A stretch of 64,000 nucleotides of DNA from Anaerolineae bacterium. GTDB lineage: Bacteria > Chloroflexota > Anaerolineae > S140-20. Every line of letters starts with the position of its first letter. Within the stretch, counting starts at the first letter, position 1. This document shows positions 28,785 to 38,468 of the stretch, piece after piece. Below the pieces are notes generated by a model. The model saw only the letters and a program-made list of their open reading frames with translations. It ran no database searches and was not told the origin of the DNA. The translations under genes were made by a program, and so were the position numbers. The DNA is taken from NCBI GenBank assembly GCA_027021705.1, contig JALUTT010000145.1:77213-141212 (forward strand). The letters are read 5' to 3'.

Positions 28785-31643
28785 TCACATCGTCTCCCCC
28801 AGCTTGATCGCCTCGAAGAGCCGCATCCGGGCCAGCCGGTGGACGGTCAGGAGGGTGGCGACGAAGAGCATCCCGCCCAGGATGAGGTAGAGCTGTTGCA
28901 CGCTCTCCCAGGCGATCTCGACGACGAAGGGGGGCGTGTACGGATGGGGCCCCCCTTCCACCTGCAGGAAGGGGATGAAGAGGCGACCTAGACCCACGCC
29001 CAGGCCGGTCCCCGCCGCCGTCCCCACAGCGATGAGCAGCGCTTGCTCCCCCGCCAGGAAGGCGGCCATCTGCCCCACGGAGAGGCCGATGGCCCGCAGC
29101 ACGCCCAGTTCGATGAAGCGCCGTCGGAAGGCGAGGAGGGCGTGCAGCCAGAAGCCCAGCACCGTGAGGAGGGCGGCCATCAGGAAGCCGGCCGAGAGGA
29201 GGCCGAAGGTCCCCTGGCGCTCCGGGCGGGCCATCGCCTCGGCGATCTGCGCCCGCGCGTCCTCGACGCCCACCACCGGCAGCCCCAGCTCCCGCAGCCC
29301 GGCCAGGACCGCCTCCGTCGGCGTGCCCTCGGCGATGGAGAGCCAGACGTCGTAGGGGTACAGCCCCCCCATCTGCTCGAAGAGGTAGTCCAGGTTGCCG
29401 ACGAAGAAGGGGCCTTCCTCGGGGTAGAGGGTGGGGAAGTAGTCCACCGCCCCGACGATGACGAAGGAGACCTCCCGCGTCTCCCCCAGGACGTTGACGG
29501 CGAGGGGAAGGGGATCGCCGATCTGGAGGCCGTGGCGCTCCAGGAAGGGGCGGCTGACCAGCAGCCCCCGGCGCTCCAGGGCCAGGGCGTTCATCAGCGC
29601 CCCCAGCGAGGTCGGGGCGAAATCCCGACGGAAGAAGGCCACCCGGGGGAAGTCGGCCCGGTCCACCCCCAGGAAGCGCCCCTGCTCCAGGGCGTCCCCC
29701 AGCCGGGCGGTGGCCCGGTAGTCCCCCACCCGGGTGGCGGCCAGGACGCCCGGCACGCGCAGGTGCTCCTCCACGGGCAGGAAGAACCACAGGGCCTCTT
29801 CCTCGGAGGGGGGTGCCGCACCGCCGCCCATCCCGGCCGGCCCCATCCCGAGGCCCGGGGCTTGCCGGGTGCTCTCCCCCGTCTCCACCAGCCGCAGGTC
29901 GGCCCCGACCCGGTAGTAGACCTGGGCGACCAGGTGATCGTCCAGCGTGCGGGCCATCGAGGCGGTGAAGAAGGCGAGCCCCAGCGTGAGGAGGAGCAGG
30001 AGGAGGGGGCCGGTGTAGTGGGCGGGGGAGCGGGCCAGGTGGCGCAGGATGAGCACCGACACGGCCCCCGGCAGCCGTCCGCTCAGGCGGGCCAGCCCCT
30101 CCATCAGCAGGGGGAAGAGCCGGACGACGAGGAGGGCCAGGGCCAGGAGCATCAGGCTGGGCACCAGGAAGAGGAGGGGGTTCTGGAAAGGATCCCCGCC
30201 GGGGCCGAGGCCGGGCAGGAGGAGCCCCCCCTGACGGCGCAGCAGGAAGTAGCCGTAGAGGGGCGGGATCAGGAGGAGCAGGTCGAGGTAGGCACGCTGC
30301 CAGAAGGGGCGGCGCAGGGCGCGGGCCACCTCCCGCTTGTAGGTGACGATGGTGTGACGGGCGGCCCCCAGGACGGGGAGGAGGGCGGTCAGGAGGGCGA
30401 CGCCGGCCACCAGCAGGCCGAAGGCGAGGCCGGCCGGCGTGATCGCCACGGGCAGCGGAGGCCGGGGGGCCAGCGCCAGGAAGGAGCGGACCCGCCCCAT
30501 CCAGCGGGCCAGTTCCCGGCCCACCAGCAGCCCACCGACGAGGGCCGGCAGGCCGATGAGGAGCCAGGCGGACAGCGTGAGGGCGATGATCTGGGTCCGG
30601 GAAGCGCCCCGGCTGCGCAGGATGGCGATCTCGTTCCGCTGGTGCCGGACGACCATCGCGGCCAGCAGGCCGATGAAGTAGAGGACGATGCCCAGGGCGG
30701 GGAGGGCGACGGTGGTGAGCTGGACCATCAGCCGCCGGGTGGCCTGCCGGTAGCGCTCCATCGCCTCGGCAGGCGAGAGGTCGAGGCCGGTGCCAGGGAG
30801 CAGGCCGGCAGCCCGGGCTTCCACGGCGGTGATGCGGGAGAGGAGCCGGTCCAGGTCGGTGATCCGAACCCGCGAGCCGTCGAAGGTCTGATACCAGACC
30901 GCCTGGTAGACGGGGGCCCGCAGCGCCGGCACCACCTGCTGCCGGAAGGTCGCCTCGGGCACCAGCAGGACCTCCTCGAAAGCGCGGGGTGGGTAGAACC
31001 AGAAGGGGTCGGTTGGGGTCCGGGGCTCCCAGATGCCGGAGATCTGGACCTCCAGGACCACCGGTTGGCCGCCCGTCGGGCTCAGGGCTGGGTCGCCGAA
31101 GAGCCGGTAGCGCTCGCCCGCCTGGAGCCCCATCCTCTCCGCCAGAGTCCGGCTGACGAGGACGGGTAGCGCGTCGGTCGTCGGGGGGGCCGACTCGCCG
31201 AGCACTACGTGGTCCCCGAAGCCGGTGACGAAGCCGAGGCTGACCCAGCCGAGGGCGCGGCGGGTGTCGGCGTAGGCGGCGGTGGCGGGGAAGAGCTGGA
31301 GGTTGTCGGTCTTGACGTGGCGGACGGTCCGGCGGAGGGGCAGGCCGATGGTGGCCGGCCCCTGGGCGGTCAGGTAGTCGTCCAGGAGGGCGTAGCGCTC
31401 CCAGGGAACGGCTCCGTGCCAGGCCCCGACGTAGCGGAAGAGCAGGGCGAAAGGGGGGCGTCCATCGCGGGCCAGTTCCCGGCGCAGGCGCTCGGCGTTA
31501 ACGGCGTCGGCATAGAGGGGGATGCTCGTCCCCAGGGCCACGGCGACTACCATCCCGACGGCGATGCTCACCGTGAGCGCCCGTTGGCTCCACAGGCGCT
31601 TCCAGGCGATCACCAGGAGGGAGAGATGGGATAGGGGGAACAT
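28785..31643 (-). CDS. FtsX/MacB-like ABC permease with two FtsX halves
   Basis: EIAILRSRGAS and ELGVLRAIGLS motifs; large extracytoplasmic domains. Confidence 0.88.
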   Translation of the reverse strand: MFPLSHLSLLVIAWKRLWSQRALTVSIAVGMVVAVALGTSIPLYADAVNAERLRRELARDGRPPFALLFRYVGAWHGAVPWERYALLDDYLTAQGPATIGLPLRRTVRHVKTDNLQLFPATAAYADTRRALGWVSLGFVTGFGDHVVLGESAPPTTDALPVLVSRTLAERMGLQAGERYRLFGDPALSPTGGQPVVLEVQISGIWEPRTPTDPFWFYPPRAFEEVLLVPEATFRQQVVPALRAPVYQAVWYQTFDGSRVRITDLDRLLSRITAVEARAAGLLPGTGLDLSPAEAMERYRQATRRLMVQLTTVALPALGIVLYFIGLLAAMVVRHQRNEIAILRSRGASRTQIIALTLSAWLLIGLPALVGGLLVGRELARWMGRVRSFLALAPRPPLPVAITPAGLAFGLLVAGVALLTALLPVLGAARHTIVTYKREVARALRRPFWQRAYLDLLLLIPPLYGYFLLRRQGGLLLPGLGPGGDPFQNPLLFLVPSLMLLALALLVVRLFPLLMEGLARLSGRLPGAVSVLILRHLARSPAHYTGPLLLLLLTLGLAFFTASMARTLDDHLVAQVYYRVGADLRLVETGESTRQAPGLGMGPAGMGGGAAPPSEEEALWFFLPVEEHLRVPGVLAATRVGDYRATARLGDALEQGRFLGVDRADFPRVAFFRRDFAPTSLGALMNALALERRGLLVSRPFLERHGLQIGDPLPLAVNVLGETREVSFVIVGAVDYFPTLYPEEGPFFVGNLDYLFEQMGGLYPYDVWLSIAEGTPTEAVLAGLRELGLPVVGVEDARAQIAEAMARPERQGTFGLLSAGFLMAALLTVLGFWLHALLAFRRRFIELGVLRAIGLSVGQMAAFLAGEQALLIAVGTAAGTGLGVGLGRLFIPFLQVEGGPHPYTPPFVVEIAWESVQQLYLILGGMLFVATLLTVHRLARMRLFEAIKLGETM

Positions 31644-31656
31644 CGGCCTGGGGTCC

Positions 31657-33009
31657 TCACGGTCCGACGACGATCTGGCCTTCCTGCAATCCGCTCACAA
31701 TCTCCACCCGCTCCTCTCCCTCGATGCCCAGCCGGATGTCCACCCGACGCTGGATGTTGCCTTCCTTGACCACGACGAAGGTGCGGCCCTGGTAGGTGCG
31801 GATGGCGGCCGGGGGCAGCCAGAGGACGTTCTCCCGGCGCTCCAGGAGGACGGTGACGCGGGCCAGGTCGCCCAGTTGGAGGTCGGCCGGGGGCGTGGTG
31901 AGGGCAATGTGTGTGGCGGTATCGGCCCCGGTCAGCCCTTTCCCTCCCCCACCGCCGTAGGGGTAGGGCAGGCTGCGGATGAAGCCGGCCAGGGGCTGCC
32001 CCGGCGCGTTGGTCAGGGTGATGGTGACGGGCATGCCCTCCTTCAGGTCGCCCATCTGCTCGGCGCCGAGGTCGGCGACCACCTCCAGGGCGGTGGGGTC
32101 GGCCAGGATGAGGACCGGCTTGAAGGCTTCGACGGTCTGGCCGGGGGAGACGGCGATGGCCATAACCTGGCCGTCGAAGGGGGCCACCAGGCGGGCGTCG
32201 GCCAGTTGGGCTTCCAGCCGTTCCACTTTAAGCTTGGCCTGCTCCACCGCCTTGGACAGTTGGGGGTCCACGCCGGCCTGCAGGCTCTCCAGCCGCAGCC
32301 GGGCCAGCGCCACCTCCTGCTCCTGGATTTGGACGGCGTAGCGGTGCTTCTGGAGGGTCTGCTGGGCCTGCTGGTACTGGGCCTGGGCGACCTCCAGGTT
32401 CAGCTCCGCCTCGTGGACGGCGCGGGCGGCGGCCTCGCGCACCTGTTCCGGCTCCCAGGGGCGGTCGAGGGCCCGTTGGTAGGCGTCCTGGGCATCGGCG
32501 AGGGCGGTCTTGGCCCGCTCCAGAGCCACCTTGGCCGTGGTCACCTGGGCGGTGGGGGGATCGGCCTGCATCTGCGCCAGGCGCAGTTCGGCGATGCGCA
32601 GGGCGATCTCGGCCTCGGCGACCCGGCGGGCGTTGTCCTGCCGGGCGCTCTCCAGGGCGAGCCGGGCCATCTCCAGGTCGAGTTGGGCCTGGGCCAGTTG
32701 CTTCTCCAGGTCGCCGGTCTCCAGTTCGGCCAGGAGGTCGCCGGCCCGGACCGAGTCGCCCTTCTGCACGTGAAGGGCCTGGAGGTAGCCGCCGGTGCGG
32801 AAGAAGAGCTTCTCCTCGCGCACGGGGGCCACCCGGCCGGTGAACCGGAGCCGGCGGACGACGGTACCCCGCCGGACGACGTAGGTGGGTTGCTCCGGCA
32901 CGATGGGGGTGGGGACGGGCGTCGGCGTGGGGGCTTCGGCGGTCGGTCGGCAGCCGGCGATCAGGAGGAGCAACAGCAGCCCGAGAGCACGCAGGTCAGG
33001 CCATCGCAC
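31657..33009 (-). CDS. RND/MFP periplasmic adaptor lipoprotein
   Basis: GTG 33009 after GGAGG; lipobox LIAGC, PT linker, VQKGDSVRAGDLLAEL, coiled coil, APFDG, SGLQEG. Confidence 0.88.
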   Translation of the reverse strand: MRWPDLRALGLLLLLLIAGCRPTAEAPTPTPVPTPIVPEQPTYVVRRGTVVRRLRFTGRVAPVREEKLFFRTGGYLQALHVQKGDSVRAGDLLAELETGDLEKQLAQAQLDLEMARLALESARQDNARRVAEAEIALRIAELRLAQMQADPPTAQVTTAKVALERAKTALADAQDAYQRALDRPWEPEQVREAAARAVHEAELNLEVAQAQYQQAQQTLQKHRYAVQIQEQEVALARLRLESLQAGVDPQLSKAVEQAKLKVERLEAQLADARLVAPFDGQVMAIAVSPGQTVEAFKPVLILADPTALEVVADLGAEQMGDLKEGMPVTITLTNAPGQPLAGFIRSLPYPYGGGGGKGLTGADTATHIALTTPPADLQLGDLARVTVLLERRENVLWLPPAAIRTYQGRTFVVVKEGNIQRRVDIRLGIEGEERVEIVSGLQEGQIVVGP

Positions 33010-33076
33010 GGGTCGGAACCTCCGGCGTGTGGCGCGTTGCGTGTGGCGTGTTACGTGGTGCGCATTGCGTGGCTTC

Positions 33077-33105
33077 ATGGTAGCACAGAGGGAGAAAAAG
33101 GACAA
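33077..33105 (-). promoter_or_regulatory. Putative internal promoter for the MFP-ABC genes
   Basis: TTGTCC-17 bp-TACCAT with TG extension. Confidence 0.5.
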
Positions 33106-33211
33106 CTTGCCGGAACGGGCATTTCGGCCGGCGGTCTGCGGTCCGCCGTCGGCGGTCGTCCTCTTGCAGAGAAAAAGGACAACTTGCCGGAACGGGCATT
33201 TCGGCCGGCGG
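33092..33211. repeat. Perfect 43-bp direct repeat pair with a 34-bp spacer
   Basis: GAGAAAAAGGACAACTTGCCGGAACGGGCATTTCGGCCGGCGG at 33092-33134 and 33169-33211. Confidence 0.92.
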
Positions 33212-33221
33212 GCGGGGCCGG

Positions 33222-35906
33222 CTATCGTCCGCCGCCGGTCAGGAAGGCGGGCAGGGAGGGGTCCGTCTCCCGCAGGCAAGCTTCCCATCGGGCCTGGTCG
33301 AAGAAGGCATCGCGGGCGAGGACGCAGGCGCGGTAGGCGTCGGCCAGCCGCTGGGCTGCTGCGAGGGCTTCGGCAGGGCCGGCCTCCCCCCGCACCACCT
33401 GGCCGTAGGCGCGGAAGAGCCAGTAGGTCACGCCCGTCAGCCAGGGCTCCTGGACGAAGGGGAGGAAGGGCTGCTCCGGCCCCACCACGCCGGCCCGGTA
33501 GGCCGCGACCCGCTCCTCGCCCACCCGTCGGCGATAGGAGGCCGATTCGGCCACCGAGCGGCGGGCCGGGAATCCCTGAGCCGCCTCGGGCCGGGTGGTC
33601 AAGAAGGTGATCCACGTCCAACAAGCCTCTCGTGCCCCGGTCCGGGCCGAGATGAAGTAGCCCCGCACCGAGAGGAGGGCACCGTTGGAGCCCGGCCCGG
33701 CCGGCAGCGGGGCGAGGCCCACCGGTGCAGCACCTTCCTCCAGGTTGCCGGGGGTGGTGGTCGTCCACATCGCCGCCCGTCCCTCTTGGATCAGGGCCTC
33801 TCGCTGCGTCTGGAAGGGGGCGAGGTCTGCCAGCTCGGTCAATCGGGTGGCGAGGCGGGGTTTGACGCCGTGCTCCGCCGTGAGCGCGGCGTACCAGCGC
33901 AGCGCCTCGACGGTGGCCGGGGCGTCGAGGGTGAAGGCGGGCGGCGTCACGCTGTCGTCCACGACGGATCCCCCCAGCCGGGCCAGGATGAGGGGCAGGT
34001 GGTAGCCCTCGTAGGCTTCGCCGACGAAGCCGTACTGCTTCTCCGCCCCCTCGCCTCGGGTCAGGGCGCGGGCGAGGCTCAGCAGGTCGTCGGGCGTCCA
34101 ATCCGGCGGGGGGTAGGGCAGGCCGGCGGCGTCGAAGAGGTCCCGACGGTAGGCGACGACGAGGGGCACGGCCTCGGCCGGCAGTCCCCACAGGCGGCCC
34201 CGGGCGGTGAAGGGCTCCAGGAGCGAGGGGTAGAAGTCGTCGCGGGAGAGGGTTGGGTCGGTGCTCAGGAAGGGGTCCAGGCTGATCACGGCGGTCCGGG
34301 CCTGGGGATCGCGCAGGGTGGGCGGTCCCAGGAAGCAGTCGCCGGCCTCGGCCAGGGCCTGGAGGGTGTAGGGGCGGTCGGGGGGGAGGGGGCGGACCTC
34401 GACGACGACCTCGGTCTGGGCTTCGTGGAAGGCGCGGGCCAGGTCCCGGTAGCGCTGGGCCTCGCGGGAGTCGGGTCCGGTGAGGAAGGTGATGACCGCC
34501 GGGGTCGGGCCGGGGCGGGCCTGGGGTGCCGGCGGGGAGACGGTGAAGGGGGGCACGGGGGTGATCTGGGCTTCCCAGGCCAGGGCCTGCCGGATCTCGG
34601 CCACCGCCTGCTGTTGGGCCTCGGCCATCGCCTCTTCCACCGTCTTCTCCCCCCGCAGGATGGCGTCCAGGGCCCGGTAGAGGGGGCCGTACCCGGGCAC
34701 GGAGGGAGGGGGGTAGCCGTGGGCGAGGGCGTAGCGGAGGGTGTCGGCCATCTCGGCGTCCATCGTCTCCCAGAGGCCGCCGGCCTCGGCCGTCGAGGGG
34801 CGGGCGGGGAGCAGGGGAGCGCCCTGGGGGCCGGGGAGGAGCTGGTGGCTCAGGAAGCGCATCCAACGCCAGGCGGCGTCGGGGTGGCGGGTGCCGGCAC
34901 TCATCACCAGCCCCTGCACCTGGATCGGGGTCGTCCCCTCTTGGGGGCCGCCGCCGGGGAAGGGGAGGCAGCGCACCCGGTCGGGCAGGCGCTGCCGGGT
35001 CAGGTCCCAGGCGGGGTCTGCGGCCATCGCGGCCTCCTCCAGCCAGGCACCCGGTTCCAGCTTCGTCACGCCGACCTTCTGCTCGAACCGTGGGGGTGGC
35101 ATCACCCGTGCCTCCTGCACCAGGTCGGCGAACCAGGCCACTGCTCGGATCGCCGGCGACGTGTCGAAGCGGGGGGTGGGCGGGTCGGTGGAGGGGTCCA
35201 CCAGCGGTCCGGCGCGGCCTTCGATGAAGGCGAGGAGCGTCGTCGGGGGGAGGGGATCGGGCAGGAGGAAGCCCCAGCGGGTCGTCCGCTCCCCCTGGCG
35301 CACCGTGAGGGCGTGGGCGGTGGTCAGGAAGTCGTCCCAGGTCCAGCCGGGCCGGGGGTGGGGCAGGCCGGTTTGGTCGAGGGCGGTCCTGTCGTAGCAG
35401 ATGAGGGTGACCTGGACCGTCGTGGGCAGGCCCCAGGTGTGGCCGTTGCGGCGGTAGCCCTCCAGCGTGCCGGGGTAGAAATCCTGGGGCCGGAAGTCGG
35501 GGTCGGCCTCCAGGAAGGGGGTGAGGTCGTGCAGCAGGCCCTGGTGGGCCATCACGAGGGCGGTGGTGGGGTCGGCGGGGAAGACGTCGGCGGTGGTGGC
35601 CAGGCGCAGGAAGGGGGTGGGGCCGCCCGCCGGTCCCGGCCCCACCGCCGGGATGGGGACCATCAGGACGCGCAGGTTAGGGTTGGCGGCTTGGAAGGCT
35701 TCGACCAGGCCCTGATAGGCGGCCTGTTGCCAGTCGTAGACGGCGAAGGTGAGGGTGATCCCTTCGTCGCCGCCGCCGGGCGCGGCCGGGGGCGACGGAG
35801 GCCGGGGGAGCTCCCGGCCGCCTCGGCAGGCGGCCAGGAGCAGGAGCAGCGCGAGTAGGAGGATCGGCCATAATGGCCGGAATCCTGCGTTTCTCTGATC
35901 GCTCAT
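33222..35906 (-). CDS. Tandem two-domain extracellular solute-binding lipoprotein (family 1, sugar-type)
   Basis: Lipobox LLAAC; two repeats of DL.PFL..D......DFYP..LE.....G..WGLP......Y....D..GLP.P...WT.DD. Confidence 0.85.
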   Translation of the reverse strand: MSDQRNAGFRPLWPILLLALLLLLAACRGGRELPRPPSPPAAPGGGDEGITLTFAVYDWQQAAYQGLVEAFQAANPNLRVLMVPIPAVGPGPAGGPTPFLRLATTADVFPADPTTALVMAHQGLLHDLTPFLEADPDFRPQDFYPGTLEGYRRNGHTWGLPTTVQVTLICYDRTALDQTGLPHPRPGWTWDDFLTTAHALTVRQGERTTRWGFLLPDPLPPTTLLAFIEGRAGPLVDPSTDPPTPRFDTSPAIRAVAWFADLVQEARVMPPPRFEQKVGVTKLEPGAWLEEAAMAADPAWDLTRQRLPDRVRCLPFPGGGPQEGTTPIQVQGLVMSAGTRHPDAAWRWMRFLSHQLLPGPQGAPLLPARPSTAEAGGLWETMDAEMADTLRYALAHGYPPPSVPGYGPLYRALDAILRGEKTVEEAMAEAQQQAVAEIRQALAWEAQITPVPPFTVSPPAPQARPGPTPAVITFLTGPDSREAQRYRDLARAFHEAQTEVVVEVRPLPPDRPYTLQALAEAGDCFLGPPTLRDPQARTAVISLDPFLSTDPTLSRDDFYPSLLEPFTARGRLWGLPAEAVPLVVAYRRDLFDAAGLPYPPPDWTPDDLLSLARALTRGEGAEKQYGFVGEAYEGYHLPLILARLGGSVVDDSVTPPAFTLDAPATVEALRWYAALTAEHGVKPRLATRLTELADLAPFQTQREALIQEGRAAMWTTTTPGNLEEGAAPVGLAPLPAGPGSNGALLSVRGYFISARTGAREACWTWITFLTTRPEAAQGFPARRSVAESASYRRRVGEERVAAYRAGVVGPEQPFLPFVQEPWLTGVTYWLFRAYGQVVRGEAGPAEALAAAQRLADAYRACVLARDAFFDQARWEACLRETDPSLPAFLTGGGR

Positions 35907-36050
35907 AAGCGTATAGCTCAGCGGCAGCAGTGGTGACCGCGAAGTCGCTGTTGGCGCGATAAGTGTTGGATTGACTGCCCATACTTTCGGAGTCGGGCAG
36001 ACTTCGGAGATCTTGACCCAAGGGTTATCCACGTTAACAAGATTTGCAAT

Positions 36051-36812
36051 TTACTCAGATGGTGGATGTGGGAACCAGTCCCGAGTTAGTCCATCAATCA
36101 TCCACCAAGTCTCCGAATCTAATTGCAAATCAAGTAAGTATTTCAAGAGAACCTTTCCATCTTTGTCACTTAACTCTATCTTGCAGATAGCAATTCGTCC
36201 GCCTTGAGCGTTAATATTAGCAATCAGTGGTCGGAGCGAGGACATAAAGTAAGGGAGTGCTTGATTTGCTCCATCCACAGAAGGTGTTGATAACTTTAGT
36301 ACAAGCGTTTGGATACCGTTTGAGGAAGTAACCTCAATGTTTGTCAGGGTCAATCCGTATAGGTTCAACTTTTCCTTCACCATGTTTTTGGTTGTAATAT
36401 CATCAACCTTAGGGGAGGAGAGTTCAAGAGTTGCCTCCTCAATGCTCACCGGTGTCTCTTCAGCCCAGAAGATTGTTTTCCCTTCCTTGTTCAGCAGTCT
36501 TAGGGTGAAGCTTTCAATGTTATATCCCTGCTGTTGGGCTAGTGTGATTTCACGCCTCACGATATGTAAGTTTGTGGGGTCCTCAGGCAAGGCCTTCTCT
36601 CCCTCGCTCGCACTTTGGACTGTGATTTCAAGACGGAGGGGAAGCAGGTGACGAATCGTTATGTTCACAACGGGTATACCTTGTCTATCTAATTGCTCTC
36701 TGAGATATTCTACAACCCCTCGCTGAGCAACAACCTCTGTATACAAGCTTAGGGTGATCCCAACGGTGGCTATGAGTAGTAAAAATCCTAAGAACAACTT
36801 TGTGCGCTTCAT
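36051..36812 (-). CDS. Exported or membrane-anchored protein of unknown function with an internal duplication (AT-richer island)
   Basis: SD AGGGAGG, N-terminal hydrophobic segment, two similar ~100-aa units. Confidence 0.75.
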   Translation of the reverse strand: MKRTKLFLGFLLLIATVGITLSLYTEVVAQRGVVEYLREQLDRQGIPVVNITIRHLLPLRLEITVQSASEGEKALPEDPTNLHIVRREITLAQQQGYNIESFTLRLLNKEGKTIFWAEETPVSIEEATLELSSPKVDDITTKNMVKEKLNLYGLTLTNIEVTSSNGIQTLVLKLSTPSVDGANQALPYFMSSLRPLIANINAQGGRIAICKIELSDKDGKVLLKYLLDLQLDSETWWMIDGLTRDWFPHPPSE

Positions 36813-36824
36813 ATTTGCCTCCCT

Positions 36825-37439
36825 TTATGGCCCGTAGTTCCGGTAGTAGTATGTGGTGTCTTTTTGGACCTGGTACGGCGCATCTTCCCGCCATCCTTCT
36901 TGATTGAACAAGAACCATTGGTTCCAGGTTGAGCCCATGTAGTATACTGCCGAAAACCGAGTGTCTAATTCATTCTTCGAACTGGTGTGAACCTCGGAAC
37001 GTGCAAGGACAAGAGAAGGGGCGGATCTTACTTGATAACAGCCTTTATTGACGCCATCGATTCGCCCACACCATGTTGTACCACCTATCCAATCTACCCT
37101 GTATTCAACGATACTCCCCCATCCATGAGTCCCATAGTGATGGATACCGTAGATGCCTGAGCTAGTATAGTACTCGACATACTTCTTCGCTTCTGACCAT
37201 CCTTTGAGGTAGCGCCAGCCAGCTTGAACCCAATAGGGCTCGGGCAGAGATACCCAATTGGACTCACCAGTTTCCTCGATATAGGGGGCTGATGATGGTG
37301 CCCAGATATTCGCTTTCACACCATAGGCATCCGTCTGACTATTGCCTGTCCACCAATCGGCTGATGTAGTCCCCACACTACTCAGAGTCATAAAAAGAGT
37401 AACTAGTATTCCTATAATCTTGGTCCATTTCATGATCAC
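36825..37439 (-). CDS. Secreted Trp/Tyr-rich beta protein, possibly glutamic peptidase (G1/neprosin-like) fold
   Basis: Signal peptide ending TTSA; YGVKANI, SNWV, WVQAGW, W...IDG, ARSEV; one Cys pair. Confidence 0.6.
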   Translation of the reverse strand: MIMKWTKIIGILVTLFMTLSSVGTTSADWWTGNSQTDAYGVKANIWAPSSAPYIEETGESNWVSLPEPYWVQAGWRYLKGWSEAKKYVEYYTSSGIYGIHHYGTHGWGSIVEYRVDWIGGTTWCGRIDGVNKGCYQVRSAPSLVLARSEVHTSSKNELDTRFSAVYYMGSTWNQWFLFNQEGWREDAPYQVQKDTTYYYRNYGP

Positions 37440-37672
37440 ACCTCCGAAAGTAGAATAGGAACGGATGTTTCTCTACGGCAGGTTGCCTGGCTGAATGTCA
37501 GTAGCTTGGTGACCACTGACGTTTAGTCAATAATGTCAGATGTTCAGCATATTTTGCATCCATATTCTATAAGTTGACATCTTGGTTCAATCCCTGCACA
37601 GGGATCATCCTGACAAACGATATACTTTAGAATGCTGTAACATCGCAGACCTCCTTGTCACTTCTAGACAGG

Positions 37673-38254
37673 CTAATTGGATCTGGTTAGGGCCTCCAAT
37701 GTTTCCAAAGAATTAGCAAAGCCGGCTCTCTGAATCACCCCCTTTCTATCTATCGTGTAAAAGAAAGGTGTCCCTGGTACTTGGTAGGCTTGAGCAACCT
37801 CGTCTTTCCAAGATAGCACTGGAAAGTCAAAGCCTTGTTCTTCTATCAGTCGTTGGTTTTCCTCAATGGTGCCTCGTGAGATCATAACCACCTGTACTTC
37901 TCGATGGCGTTCGCTGAAGGTCCGCAGGTGAGGATACATCTCGACGCAAGCAGGGCAGTGGGGTGAGGTGAAAGCTAGTAAGATAGGTCGGCCAGTGAAG
38001 GTTTCCAGAGAGATGGTCCGACCAGTAGTGTCAGGAAGGGCGAAGGGGGGCGCCGGAGTTCCCGCTTCCAGTCCTCGAATATGTCTGGCGGCTTGCAGTG
38101 GTTCCAAAGCTATTAGCACTTCTCGCTGCATCTGGTTCACCCAGATGAACAAGACCAAGAGGGAGACCATCAATAGGATAACGATGGCCATCAGTAACAA
38201 GAGTAGCACTTCCAAGCGAGTTGCACGGCGTAGCATTGCTTGGTCGGTCACCAC
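37673..38254 (-). CDS. Membrane-anchored TlpA/MauD-like thioredoxin-fold protein
   Basis: N-terminal TM, GL..GTPAPPF.L, FTSPHCPAC, YQVPGTP. Confidence 0.85.
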   Translation of the reverse strand: MVTDQAMLRRATRLEVLLLLLMAIVILLMVSLLVLFIWVNQMQREVLIALEPLQAARHIRGLEAGTPAPPFALPDTTGRTISLETFTGRPILLAFTSPHCPACVEMYPHLRTFSERHREVQVVMISRGTIEENQRLIEEQGFDFPVLSWKDEVAQAYQVPGTPFFYTIDRKGVIQRAGFANSLETLEALTRSN

Positions 38255-38400
38255 GAAGCCTCCTTTCCAAACAGAACGCGCCGGCAGGCCTCATCCTGGA
38301 GGTGGATGTCGGCGCGCCGGCGCGTTGAGGGTTCTGACGATGGGCAGCGATGGTGGGCGATGAGGACCGAAGCCGATCTCCACCCTCGATGCCTAAGCCC

Positions 38401-38468
38401 ATTATACCATAGGTTTGGCCTATTGTATGGGTCAATTTCGTGACCGTTTCGGGTCAATTCTGTGACAA
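38401..38468 (-). promoter_or_regulatory. Activator-type promoter with four 11-bp-spaced half-sites (OmpR/PhoB-like)
   Basis: Minus strand TGTCACAGAAT-TGACCCGAAAC-GGTCACGAAAT-TGACCCATACA, then a weak -35 and TGGTATAAT. Confidence 0.7.

Noticed and set aside
33092..33211. 43-bp repeat pair as a true CRISPR array
   Set aside because: Only two repeats, a low-complexity spacer, no leader or cas genes. Kept only as an unexplained duplication.
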